Source: Camelus ferus (lineage: Eukaryota). From it: a stretch of 64,000 nt of DNA. Numbering within the stretch: position 1 is the stretch's first letter; every line of letters starts with the position of its first letter. The stretch lies in the NCBI RefSeq assembly GCF_009834535.1, contig NC_045696.1:5706001-5770000 (forward strand), written 5' to 3'. The notes beneath the pieces were generated by a model. That model saw nothing but the letters and a program-made list of their open reading frames with translations. It did not search any database and was not told the origin of the DNA. The position numbers and the translations under genes are program-made. Shown here piece after piece: positions 27,128 through 40,921 of this stretch.

Positions 27128-27971
27128 TGATTTTAGCATGCACATTTGTGTATTCTCTTTTTCCTTTAAAACTCTCTTCTCTGGAGATGAGAAATAATAA
27201 AATGCTTAGTAATTGTATGATCTATTTTAAATTTAGTAATCAAGAGAAAATATAATTATAGTTCTATGAATCTTGAAAGGATGATGTAATAAATATGCAG
27301 TTAAGAGCTATGCATGAAGGCTTGATGGATGACTTATTACTTCCTTTTAGGTTTATGGTTGAGCTGAATGAGTGTCAGTTACACAGCGGTGATAGGTTAA
27401 TGATTTTTCTACTTGAAAACTTGTAGATTTTGATAAGTTGATTAAATTTGTTTATATATATATGTATATATTTTCCCTTTATTGTGGAGGTTAATTTTGA
27501 ACCATATACACAGTAGACAGAATAGTATGATAAACTCCTATGTGCCAATCAACCCATGGCCAGTTCTTTAACCATTTCACCTTGTACCTAAGCAGATCTA
27601 GATTTCATGTCATTTCTTCCATTAATATTTCAGAAAAGAAAGACATACTGTGTTTTATTAAAAACACGAAACATTATCATCACATTTATTTATTGATGTT
27701 CAGATTTCCAATTTTCTCATAAATAGCATTATTTAGTTTGTTTAAATTAGGAACCAGACAAAGCCTATACCTTACAATTGGTTGCTATAGATTAAAAGAA
27801 TCTTAAAAGAAATTATACCCCCTTGTTCAATTTTATTTTAAGCCCCTTGTTTCTTTGTTGAAAGAATTGGGTTGTTTATAGAGTTCCCATAGTTTGAGTA
27901 CCATTTGCACCCTTGTGGAGTAAATTAACATGTTCCTTTATATTTCTTACAAGTTGGTTGTTGGATTCAGA

Positions 27972-28160
27972 GCAGTAGTTTCATTTAATGTGCATGAGAG
28001 TCACTTGGAGGCCTTATTTAAAACACAGATTGCTATGCCCCACTGCCAAAGGTTTTGTTTGATTCAGAATGTTGGAAGTGGGGCCTGAGATTTGCATTTA
28101 TAACAAGTTTCCAGGTGCTGCTGTTGCTCCTCTTCCAGGAACCACACTTTCAGAGTCACT
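27972..28160. mobile_element. MER5A-like relic
   Basis: gcagtagtt...gagtcacttggaggcc...gggcctgagatttgcatttataacaagtttccaggtgctgctg...accacacttt. Confidence 0.75.
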
Positions 28161-28293
28161 GATCTAGAGGCTTGAGTAGCTTGTCGTATATGCTCTACAG
28201 GGTGTTACCTGTCTGGTAGACTTTCTGTAGTTGTCTCAGATCCATTAGTACTGAGACTGGTGCGATTCAGCCATCTTTTTGAAATTACATTTT

Positions 28294-28475
28294 TTTTTTT
28301 TTGAGTAAAAGTAGATTTATTTAGAGAGATGTACATTTCATAGAGTGCAGGCAGTCTCAGAAGGCAGGAGAGGCCAAGAGGTGCGGGGTTGGCTGTTGAG
28401 TTTAAAGTAAAAGTAGGTACATACTCCATAGACGGAGTGTGGGCTGTCTTAGAAGGTGAGGGAGCAAGAAAGATA
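28294..28475 (-). mobile_element. Poly(A)-tailed 182-bp retro-insert with 14-bp TSD and internal duplication
   Basis: TGAAATTACATTTT at 28280-28293 and 28476-28489; T-run to 28302; TTTATT 28316-28321. Confidence 0.8.
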
Positions 28476-29479
28476 TGAAATTACATTTTGTTAGGAAATA
28501 ATGATTTCTGAGGCCTTTTAAGACACATTGGTGTCTCTGATTTGAGTTTGGTTAAAACAAGGGGACTGGTTTTGTTTTTATATGTGAATTTACCCATGCT
28601 GTATGTTAAGTGGTCTATAAATAGATTTGGTGTGAAATTGTGTGATAAAAGTGATTTTTCTCAACTTTGTGGTCAATATTCTTGAAGAATAGAGGCTGCA
28701 GACTTATTTTTAAGTGATGACAACTATGATTAGAGTTGTGTTTTACTTTGAAAATTTAAGCAAAATTTTTGGTTTGCCTGTTTTAGGCAAGCAGTATATT
28801 GTTCTCTAGAAGGTTTCGTAGTTTGAAAATTACTTCAAATCCTAGCTATTCCACAGGTTTTTTTTTTCTAACTTATGGGCAATATAACAGCAAATAAGAA
28901 TATTTGTAATACTTTGTGCGGGTGTCTGCCTTAAAACCATTGTGGAATTGTTCAGTGTGCTAGTGGAGCTCTGTTCTTCATTGAAACCCATTCTTTTGGT
29001 AATGGGGACCCATACGTATTTATCACCTACTGAATATATCAGAAAATCTACTTGGGTGGTAATAAGTATCTTATACATCAGGAAGTTTATCTCTGCTTGC
29101 TAGTGGTTACTCTGAAGTTCAGAGTCAAATACGTGATTTTAGTTATTAATCTTTTTCATGTTCTTTTTCCCTGTTGTTCTTGGCATATATAAATCGTTTT
29201 AAATTTTAGTAAAGATTTTCTTTTCATTTATTAAAAAAGATGTATAAACAATATTGTTTGCTGAAAAATTAGACAGTAGTTATTAGCAAATAAAATATAA
29301 AACTTCGATTTCCTACCATCTGTAAGTAATCACTTTCAGTATTTTAGCACATACCTTCCTCAAGGGTGGCATTATACAATGTCACTTAATATAATTTACA
29401 TTTTCAAAAATGTTAGTGTTAGACTAGCCGGGTTACAACGATAGGTAGAACCTTTTGTCTAAGAGTATCAAGCAAGCAT

Positions 29480-32400
29480 TCTTCAGGAGTAAGATGTAAT
29501 GCATAGCTGGCAGATTGAAAAACTAGATGAAGATGAAAAAGTATCTGAAGTACTGATATAATGAGCAATTATGGATATGATAGATAAGAAAAGTCCAGAG
29601 AGGGGAAACTTGAGTTTGAAGGCATTTGCCAGTTTTACAGGAGGTGGTTGTGAAGCTTAGCAGAAAATTTGACAGACTTGTAGGGATGGGGAGGATATAT
29701 TTTGGAAATATCTATGCATGATAAATTCAGCTAATTCAAATGAATAGAAAAATTTCAGCAGAGAACTAGAAGCTAGTAAAAAGGAAATTCTAGAATTGAA
29801 ATGTATTGCTGAATTTACTAATTCAGTGGGTGGGTTTAACAACAGATTAGATGCCACTGAAGAAATCAAAGGGAGAATTAAGGAGCTGTAAATTAGATCA
29901 AAAGAAAATAAGTAGATGGAAAGCACAGAGGGAAGAGTTGGGAATGTACTGAGAGAGATGAGAGAGAGAGGATGTGCTGACGAGGTTCCACATGTGTGTA
30001 TGTACATACATTTATGCCATCTGTGTGACTGGAATTCCTGAAGAAGACAGAATGAAGCAAAAGGTGTTTGTAGTGAGAATAGCTGAGAATTTTGCAAAAT
30101 ACGTGAAGAAATAGAGCCAAAGACTGAAGAAACACTAAGGACATGGGCAGAATAAATATACAGAAAATTACAACTACTGAACATCACAACAGAAGTTTAA
30201 AAACCAAAGACCAAGAGGGAAGAGTAAAAAAGGAATAAGACTGATGGCTAGCTCTCAGTAGAAGCCATGGAAGTTGGTAGACAAAGGAGTATTCTTAAAG
30301 TGCTCATAGAAAGTGACTGCCAGTCAAGGATTCCAAACCTATTGGAAATACCATTGAAGTGTAACAATCACATTTTCAGACAGACAGACTTTCTTAGTGA
30401 TGAAACATCATTAAGGGGAATTCTAAATAGTATTCTTTAGGCAGATAAGGAAGGAGATCTTAGACTTGGAGTAACAAGGAGTGAAGAATTAAAAAAAAAT
30501 GTATGTGGGCAAATGGAAATAAACATTGACTATATACAACAAATGTAATGTCTTAGAGTTTTAAATTATGTATGGAATTAAACTAACAAATAATAGTAAT
30601 AATAGCTTGTGTAGAGGAGGAGGTAACTTTAGTAGTATTAAGAGCTTTGGATTTTGTAATCTCTAAAGTAACTAAAAGAATAGCAAGAGGATATAACTAC
30701 TAAGCTAACAGAGGGGGGGAATCGCATAATAAAAAAGGCAAGAAAGGAAAGAAAAAGAAACATGGGAAAGTATTAAGATGATAAGTAGGGTATCATTAAA
30801 TGGCAGTGTCATCATAGTCATGATACCTGTTGTAATTGCATTACATGGTCCAGATAGGAAAGATCTCAGACATAATTGAAAAACAAAACCTCACCTTCAA
30901 GATGAAGAGTATAGGGAGGCTGAAAGTAAAGAACAGAAAAAGTATCTAAAAGTTAACCGTAAGAAGGCTGATGTGTAGCATACTAATATTAGATAAATAG
31001 GCATTAAGGGGAAATACCATTTTTAGAGATGAAGAGGGACAGTTTATAATGATTAAATGTTCCATTAGGCAGGAAAAAGAGTTTTAAATTTATGTGTTCA
31101 GTAACAACGTCAAAATGCAGAAAGCAAAAATAGAACCTGTGGGGAAGAATAGACCTCCATAATCATAATGTGCAATTAACACACCTCTGTCTCAGTAAAT
31201 GGAAGAACAACATAGGTCATTAAGAATATAGATTTGAACAATATAAATAATAAACTTGACCTGGATGACACATTGAAGCATTGCTTATTATATTTACATC
31301 ATTTCAGTCATAAGTGGATTGTTTATTATATATTGTCCACATTCTGACACTTAAACTAAGTTCTCAGTAAATTTGAAAATACTGAAAATAATCCAAAGTG
31401 CGTTCTCTGACTGTAGTGCTGTTAAGCCAGACATCACTAGCAGATAACAGAATAATCCTGACTTTTATAAATTAAACAATATGCTTTTATATACCCATGC
31501 ATCAAAGATGAAATCACAATGAAACTTTGAGAATATTTTGAACTGATTAATAATAAAAATACTACAGATGATAACTTGTGGGATGTAGAGTTTGGTAGCC
31601 AGCCGCCAAGGTGGTGTCCAGTGAGTCTGGCCGCCTTGTACTCGTGTCCTTTGGTAGTCCCCATGTTGAATAGGGTTGACCTGTGTAACCTATACGATAC
31701 TGGGAAGGTCACATAGGGCGATTCCCATTGCTCGATAGTGAAAGATTTAAAGACAGTGGAAGTCACTGTCTTAGTCTGTTAACTTGAATGGAAGCTTCTG
31801 TCTTATTTTCTTGACTCACTTGTCTTGAGGGATGCCTGCTGTCATGTCGACAGGACACTCAGACAGCCCTATGGAAAGGTCTTCTTGGCAAATTGAAGTC
31901 TCCTGCCATAGCCACGTGAGTTGGCTTGTTTTGGATTCAGGTCCTCCATCCGCAGTTACACACAGCCTGACATCTGAACTTCAGCTTCATAAGGCCCTGA
32001 GCCAGAACCTTTCAGCTAAGCTGCTCCTGAATTCTTGACCCTTAGAGACTATGAGATAATGAATATTTATTGTTGTTTTCAGTAGTTAAGTTTTGGGATG
32101 ATGTGTTACACAATAGTAGATAACTAATACCCAGCTGAAGCTGTGCTGACAGGGACGTTATAGCCCTCAATTCATACATTAAAGGGACGGCGGAAATTCA
32201 GTGATCAAGTATATTTCTCAGGGAGTTAGAAAAAGAGCAGGAAACAAGGATAGAAAAAATAAGCATAACAGTAGAGAGGGTCAACAAAGCCAAAAGTTCT
32301 TTGAAAGACGAAAAATGTTGGCATAAGACTGAGATTAATTGAGGAACAAAACAGAAATAATCACCATTGTCATATTTGGAAAAGGGGTATCACTGTAGAA

Positions 32401-34540
32401 TCTTCAGACACTAAAAAGTATATTTTAAAAATTTTATACAAGAAATTAGAAAATTTGGATGAAATAGGTAAATATCAGAAAAGCAAGACTGGCACAAAAA
32501 GAAAGAAAATCAGAATAGACCTTTAAGTGCTAAATGCACTGAATCTGTAGTTAAAATTCTTTTCCACCTGTTAGTATTTCTGTCAACAATGTTTAACCTG
32601 AATCTCATGAGGAGGCAATCAGACAAATCTAGACTAAGAAACCGTCTATGAAATCATTCTATATCCTTCAAAGGCTTAGTTTCAGAAAGGACAAAAGAAA
32701 GGTAGGATAACTGTTTTATAAAGAAAGAAAATGTGACAAACACATGTGAGTCTTCATTTGGATCCTGGCTTTAAGAGGAAGAAAAAAACCTATAATGGAC
32801 ATTGGAGAAATGAGGGGAAATTCCATATTAAATTTCTTGAGTGCTGATTGCTGATAAGTATATTATAGTTATGTAGGAGAATGTTGTTGTTCTTAGGAGA
32901 TACATGCTGAGAATTTTAGGGTTGAAGTGTCACGATATCTGCACCTTAGATACAGATATTCGTGTCTGTCAGTAGCCGGGGGCGAGTGTGGCAGAATACT
33001 GACGACTGGTAAATCTTGGGGACGGGTGCATGTGAGTGTTGACCGTACTATTCTTGCAACTTTTATGCAGATTTGAAATGTTGCAAAGTGATGTTTGGGG
33101 GAAATGAACACCCTACTATCACTGCAACTGTTCAACATTAGCAAATACTACCGGGCAAGAAAAACCAAAAATGTGTACAGTTGGAAAGGAAGAGAGAAAA
33201 ATTGTCATTTTCAAACAGTTTGATTACCTACTTAAAAAAGCCAAGAGAATCAATGGAAAATGTCTTGACAGATTTCAGTTTATCTTATAAAATAATAACC
33301 GTGGGACCAGATAGCGATAATGGCTGCACAGCATTGTGAATGTACCACATGCCACTAAATTGTACATTTTTAAATGGTTAAAATGATGAGTTTAGCATTG
33401 TGTGAATTTTACACCTCCCGCACTAATAGCTCTGTCTCGAATGTGTATGTGAGCACACAGGGAAGATTTGCATTTGAACAGTTAATAGGACAGCTTACTG
33501 CCTTTAAATAATGTATTCTTTAATAGCAAAATAAATAATCAGCATACATTAAAGGCTTCTTATTTTGCCACTGAATAAGTTATAAAAGTAGAAGTTATTA
33601 TGCTTTCAGGCATTTACTATATACCAGGTGGTTAGTCAAAGTGTGTAGATTTCAAGAAAACTATTTTGATTTTGGAAGTAGACATGAGATTGCAGTACAG
33701 AATCACAAAGCCAAAAGGGACTTTGACAAATCATAGTTCTTTCTGTTGCTTTTGTACAGAAATGCATATTATAGTCACTGTTGAGTAGCTTTGAAGGTGG
33801 TTAATAAAACATGGCTATATGTCAGTGATACTGCATTTGAGGAAATGTTTCTACTTAGAAACAGTAAAAGGAACGCTTCACAAGTTAAAAATACCTGTTG
33901 CATACTTAAAAAAGTTTCTTAAAATGAAAATTTGAAGCTGAGAGGATTTACTGGTGAATTCTGTTAAAACCTATTAGAACTGCTGAGAGCTTAGTAAAAC
34001 GAACAGATAACAGGGCCTGTGTCCTAAAATCAGAACTTTCCTGTAAACTGGCAATAACCGGTTAGCAGATACAACGAAAAAAGAACATAATTCACAGTAG
34101 CATCAGAAAGCCTTTACATAGAAATAAGCTTACCAGGAAATGGGAAAGGTTTTAAAAATAATGACACAACCTTCGGTAGGGGGAGGAAATAGTCTAAATA
34201 AGTGAAAAATGTCTACTATGTTCCTGAGTCAGAAGATTCAGTTGTAAAGATGTCATATCTCCAAATCATGGTATAAAGTCTGTATTACATTTGAAATCCC
34301 AGTTGTTTTTCTTAAATGGAACTTGGCATGCTATCAGATTCATGTAGAAAGAGAAAAATAAGCACGAATAGCAAAAAACAACAGCAAAACCCCTCAGAAA
34401 ACAAACTCTCAACTTTTTGCCCAGCTAGATATTTAAGAATGCTTTAAAAAGGTCTTATAGAGGAAACAATATAGTTTCAACCCAGGGTTAGACAAAGATA
34501 CCAGTGAGACAAAATAGAGGAACAGACACTTGTGTATCTG
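29480..34540 (+). mobile_element. Degraded old L1 cluster (ORF1/ORF2 remnants, 3' ends), sense orientation
   Basis: Long A-rich tract with L1 ORF1- and endonuclease-like remnants. Confidence 0.7.
31590..32130. mobile_element. MLT1 (MaLR) solo LTR nested in L1
   Basis: ends ...ctgaattcttgacccttagagactatgagataat...taagttttggg...gtagataactaatac. Confidence 0.75.
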
Positions 34541-35693
34541 TCATATCATATGAAGTCACTGTGTTCTAACTAAATCTAATTAGAATTCTTAAAGCTCCTC
34601 TATCTTGAGCATCTTATGTGTCAGCAAGCTGTGTTGCTTCTTCATGGCTTTCATCCCTATGCTGGGGGAAGGTCATGGGTACTGCCTTCCCGTTAAGGTT
34701 CTTACATTAAGTGGATTATTTGGATTGACTCTTGGTTCTTTATCTGCTCCCTTTCAATCAGTATAGTATACTACCGTCAGGCAAATCTTTGGGTTACCTT
34801 CAGTATTTTACTTGAGAACTACAGTTACCCTCTTAACTTGCTGTTATTGGGTCCAGATTCTCTATCCATTTAATCCATTTCTCTACCACTTCCAAAAATG
34901 AACACTTTAGTCATATAGATCTTTCCATTACTGTCACATAATGTATTCCCTCTCCCTTTTGTACTTTTGATGATTATTCCTTTGTCTAGTGTCTTCTTGT
35001 TTTCCTCTCCATCTTTTAAGCCGCCTTGGATGTCTCTGGACCAAATTGATCTTCCTTTCTCTAGCTTGTTGGTGTAACGCAGCTTTACTTTATTAAATAC
35101 AAATTATACCCTTATTCTGAAGTTACAGTATAATTCTTGTGTTTTCTTATACAACTTTTATGGTTTTGTTATTTAAAAATATAAAATGTTAATCTGCTTG
35201 GAATTTATCCTGCTTTACTGTCTGAAGAATGGATCCAGTTTTTCCCCCCAGATTGTTGCACAGTTGTCCCTTTACCGTTTATGCAGTGATCCATTGTTTC
35301 CCCAGCTGGTTGAGATGGCACCTTTATCTTAAGTCTCGTGTATTAGGGTCCATTTCAGACTTCCTCATTTTTGCATTGGTCATTCTCTCAGTATATACCT
35401 GTTGTGTCCTGTAGTTTTAATTATTGAGGCTGTGATAGGTTTCATGTTGATAGCACTAGATCTTTACTTTCTCTGTAGAAGTTCTTCTGACTGTTCTCAC
35501 TAGCTTTGAAAATAATGTTTTATTGAGGTCCCATTGCATTTATAAGTTAGCGATAGACTTCCCATTTTTATTGGTTTTGAGTTTTCAGTGAGATGTCAGC
35601 TGAAGTGTCAGTTGAAGTTAACTTTGAAAAACTGTTAAACTATAACTTCAGTAGCACTCGGGAAACTGAATTGTGTATGTTACTGCTTTTTAG

Positions 35694-35795
<102 letters not shown>

Positions 35796-36147
35796 TAAGT
35801 GACTTTAATCGTGTAATAAGTTTTCTTTTTTAATGTTGCAATTTAGTCTAGTGAAATGAAATTGATTATAAAGAGACATTCTGTATAGTTGCTTGCCTTT
35901 TCACTTTTGAATTTAGTTTTTATTACATGCAGCGTGTGTGCTGTATTGACTGTTGTTTACGCAGTGCTTCTAGATAGTTGGATATGTAAAGAAGCATAGC
36001 CATTCTATCTTAATGGGTACTTTTTTTTGAAAAAGGAAACATGATAGTGTATATGTGAAACATCTGGAAAAATGTTAGAAATGTGTAATTAAATACGTGG
36101 TCAGAAATTGAGGCAGGGTCATTTAAGAATCAGACCTGAATTATAGA

Positions 36148-36762
36148 CCTGTGTTGTCCAGTATGGTCCCCACTAGCCATGTGCTTCTGTTGAGCACTTC
36201 AGATGTGGCTAGTACAATTGAGGAATTGCATTACTCATTTACATTTAAAAACTGATAATGATTCAGTTATTAAAAAACTTTCAAACAAGTTGAGTATGTG
36301 AATTTCGTTTTTCAACTCTAAATTATATGAAACCTGAGTACAAATCAAGTTTTTTTTTAGTCTTTTAAAAAAAAATTATTTTTATTTTATTGATGGAGGG
36401 ACTGGGGATTGAACCCAGGACCTTGTGCATGTGAAGCACACGCTCTACTGCTGAGCTATACCCTCCCCCCCAGATCAAGTATTCTTGTTGAAAACTTTGT
36501 TGAAACTGAGATATGTGTTCAGTATGCTATGGAAGATTTAACAGGTTTAATATGAAAGAACCTGAAGTTCTCATTAAAATTTTATTAACATTAAATATGA
36601 TATTTTGGCTGTATTGGGTAAATGAAGTAAAACTAATTTTATCTTTTTACTTTGAATGTTACTACTAAAAAACCTAATTTTCATCTTTTTTACTTATGAT
36701 GTGGCTACTAAAAATTTCAAGTTCCATGTGGGCCACATTCCCTTTCTGTTGCATGATGCTGT
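36148..36762. mobile_element. MER33/MER3-like hAT relic interrupted by a SINE
   Basis: ctgtgttgtccagtatgg...actagccatgtg...gagcacttcagatgtggctagt and matching far end. Confidence 0.65.
36351..36470 (-). mobile_element. Vic-1-type SINE with TSD CA(A/G)ATCAAGT
   Basis: ctggggattgaacccaggacc...ctgagctataccctcccc; flanks 36341-36350 and 36471-36480. Confidence 0.9.
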
Positions 36763-37072
36763 CCCATGGTGGTTCTATACCCTGCTCTGTGGCCTTGATA
36801 GTGGGTTCACTTAGACCGTCTGAGCTTCAGTCACCTCAGTTATGGAACGGGGTCAGGAGGCTTGCTCTTTCTGTGTACTGGGATCTGTATAAATTTGGGG
36901 ATCTGTATAAACCCAACTAGCTATAACAGCATATTTGGAAATATTTGGTGTACTGTGAGGTACTATAGAAATAAGATTGTAATGTTGAAAAATGCTAGAT
37001 TAAAACCAATTATTTTAAACCATGTTAATATGCTAAACTAATGTATTTTAAAACAATTATCTTCTTTTGAAG

Positions 37073-37143
37073 TCCACGTCCCCTGAAGTTCACTGAAAAG
37101 CCTAGACCAGGCGTTCAGATGCTTTGTTCTTCTTTTAGTGTGG
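37073..37143 (+). CDS. BRWD1: BRWD1 coding exon 10 ([24 protein letters not shown])
   Basis: ttgaag| ... TGG|gtaaga, 71 nt. Confidence 0.95.
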
Positions 37144-37909
37144 GTAAGATAACTTTAGTATTTTTGTCTGTTTGTTTTATTTTAACATTTATTGAACGAC
37201 CGCGTTATTGCTAAGAGCCTTTATCAGATAGTAAATGACTTACGTTCATTTCATTAGATTTAATCTGTGATGTTTCAATTAGCCTTTATCTTGTCTTTCC
37301 TCCCCCATTCTGATTTTCTCTGATTTCTCATAGTAACCAGAGTCAGTGATAGGAGACAGAGCTGGCAAAAAGGAGGCTTTAGGTGTCCATTTGAGCAGTT
37401 CCTGTGCCACGTGTCCTGTGTGTATGATAAACCAAGACTGTGATTTTCTTTTAACTGAACTGCATATTTTTGGTAGTTTAATTTTGTTTTCCACATGTCT
37501 TGTGAAATTATTCCCCCATTTTCTTTTCTGGTACAGTGGACTTGTGTGGTAACCTTTCTTTTTAGGAGAGGTTAAAGATTTTGACCCGATAGAAGTCTGA
37601 AAGCTTCAGTAAGTGACTTTATATTCCACAGCATGTTTAGGTGTGTGAAGTTGTTTAGAAAGCAGAATGCCTTGTCATGCACTTTCAGAGTGGCAGCGTC
37701 TTTTTTTTTTTTTTTTAAGTATAAACCACTGTTTTTCATAAATACTGGCATGATACTAGCATGACCATGGAACAAAATAACTGGAACCTAAGACCATAAA
37801 GTATTAGTATTTTTTTCTTTTCCCTCATAGTTTAATAGAAGATATTGAATATAGTTCCCTGTGCTACATAGTAGGTCCTTGTTGTTCATCTATTTTATAT
37901 ATAGTAGTT

Positions 37910-38534
37910 TCAACTCAGTTCTGACACTGCCTACCTAGAGAATAGTGTGAGATCCAGCCGGTGAAGGGCTCAGTCCTGCAAGACTCCCCATCCACCCCAG
38001 CCTCAGACTAGATTGTCACCTGCGCACCTGACTGACAGGCTGGAAAACAGGTTCTCACAGCATCTTCCTTGGGTTCGATTAATTTGCTAGAGCAGCTGAC
38101 AGAACTGAAACATTTTATTCACTAAATTTTTGGTTTATTATGAAACAATGTAATTCAGGAATAGCCAGATGGAAGAGATGCATAGGATAAGTATGTGGGA
38201 AGGGGCACTGCCGGGGTGTGGCATTTTTCTCTCATCTCCACATGTTCATTAACCTGGAAGCTCTCCGAACCCTCTCCTTTTGGGTGTTTATGGAGGGTGC
38301 ACTCCCTCCCAACCCTATAATCACATGATTGGTTCCCCCTGGCACTCAGCCCCATCTGTAGATGCTTTCCAAAAGTCACCTCATTAACATAAACTCTCCT
38401 GTGGTTGAAATGGGTTTGTTATGAAAATCAAGACTCCAACATCTTTTCACTTAAGAAATTCCAAGGGTGTTAGGAGTTCTGCCAGAAACAAAGATGAAGA
38501 CGAAATACGTATTTCTGAAAATCACATCATCACA
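37910..38534. mobile_element. MER21-like ERV LTR
   Basis: caactcagttctgacactgcctacct...aagggctcagtcc...gattaatttgctagagcagct...aatcacatcatcaca. Confidence 0.75.
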
Positions 38535-38593
38535 TTGCATTATGTTAATTTGGAAAGGGCTTTATATAATGAGTTCGAAAATGGATCTGTTGA

Positions 38594-38833
<240 letters not shown>

Positions 38834-39603
38834 TAGTTAACAATATTCCTGTTGGTACATAATCAAATAATGCTAAAAGAAATTGTTATTGATTTTAATT
38901 TTAACTTAAATGTAGAAGGAATTACTTTTAAAGGTGAACGATGATACTGACAACTTAGCACCTTACGATGCAGATAGTTTGCAGTGGTTATCTCAGCTTT
39001 AAGTCCAAGCTCTTGGTTATGATAATTATCCTGGATCGATTAGGTTTGAGCTAGGCCTATTTATCTTAGCCGAGCTCATGAAATCAGAATGCTATTTTAT
39101 TAGCATGTAGCAAGATAGATAACTCTTAGTATTCTGGAATACTGGTCATTTCTCAGGTCATCTTTTCTCCTATAGGAAGTTCTGTGAAGTTATTTGACAA
39201 AAAAAATGACTTGAAAATAATTTTTTTTTTGCACATAATCAAAAGTGAATATGCCTTGTTTTCAGCTACTTAAACCTTATGTTTTTATCACTTTCTACAC
39301 ATAAGAGTTTTTATACAGATGTAATAATTGTAAATACAGTTTTAATTTGAGAAGCAAGGCTTTTTTTTAACCACATGTGTCTATCTTTGAGACAAGAGCT
39401 GTATCTTAATCTTACTAGATTCATAGATTCATTGTACTTAAATGTACAATACATGTTTGAGTGGTAGAGCTAAGCAGCCCAAGTACAAAGCTCTTGCTTA
39501 AACTAAATGTGCTTCTAGGTCTAAAAAACTGAGTGGGTTTTCTTTGTTTATTTACAAACTGTGTAGATGATTACTTTTGTGTTTGGTTTTTTCCCCTCTT
39601 TAG

Positions 39604-39644
39604 GATAAAGTTGATAGTATCCAATTTTGTAACAATGGTGACCG
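39604..39644 (+). CDS. BRWD1: BRWD1 coding exon 12 (DKVDSIQFCNNGDR)
   Basis: ctttag| ... CCG|gtaagt, 41 nt. Confidence 0.95.
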
Positions 39645-40394
39645 GTAAGTAAGTGTGTGTTTGTATTTGTGGGTGTGTTTTTAGGTAAATAAACTGTGCT
39701 TCCTATTAGTGTAGCTAATATATCATTTTGCACGTATGTATCGTATTGCAGGCACTTGTTAGTGAATGTGATAATTGAAGGAAAGGTGTGGGGCAGAGGG
39801 GAAATAAGGAAGTGTAAGTTTTTAGAATTGTAGTTTCTGCTGCCTCCTATGACCAAAAGTTGTTCCTCCTTTAGCTCACTATTGGCTAAATGACTTATAT
39901 GAAAATTAGGTATAAGGATAATGAAGTTCTTATATTTGAATAGTTAAAAAAACTTTTCTAATCAATTACTATGGTGTATTCAGCAATGAGATACCACTTA
40001 ACTTATATCCCTCTTTGTGGTCCCCAGTGTCTTTTCAGGTGCCTTTCCTAAGATGCGATTTTTAACACTTAACTTTATTAAATGATTGATTTATTTTTAC
40101 ACAGCAGCAAGCATGAACGAATTGGAGTTTAGAGTTAAGATGCTCATAATAGCACTTTGCTCTTACTGATTCTTCCATACATCTTTAATCTTCCTATTTT
40201 TTTCCCTCTCCAAATACTTCTTGTATATTGTCTTTTCAAAACTCAATGTATTTTACAAACTGGTGATGAAATTTACTTAGTAAGACCAATCAAACCATAG
40301 CAAACCGGATCTTCTCCATTCATATATACCTTAAATCCCTGTCTTTGGGAAAAAACACCTGTAGATTTACCTGTAGTCGAGATAGTGACATTAA

Positions 40395-40725
40395 TTTTTT
40401 TTTTTTTTGGGCTGTGTCAGATAACAGATATATATTTGATCGGACTCCATTATTCCCTCAGCACTATCCCTGCCTACAAGAGAAAATGTTCAGCCCAAGA
40501 TTGTGGATACCACTATTTGGGGTTCTTCAGTCCTTGCTAGTCTTGGAGGTCTCTTGCAGAGGCGTGGGGTGGCTGTGGCTCCCCCTGAAGACATAGATAG
40601 GGTGGCAGACATTCGGGGATGATAATCTGAGTGAACTTTCAGTCCGTGGGGCTAACATCTTGCTTAGACATTAGCTCCAAGTATTGACCCCACTCAGCAG
40701 CCTTCAGGCTCCAGAGCTGGGACCT
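40395..40725 (-). mobile_element. Poly(A)-tailed retroposed fragment of unknown source
   Basis: T-run 40395-40408, ACATTAA direct repeats at 40388 and 40726, GC-richer than flanks. Confidence 0.6.
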
Positions 40726-40732
40726 ACATTAA

Positions 40733-40921
<189 letters not shown>

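Noticed and set aside
29657..30187. 176-aa minus-strand ORF and other hydrophobic intronic ORFs
   Set aside because: Antisense reading of A-rich L1 remnants; no independent coding signal
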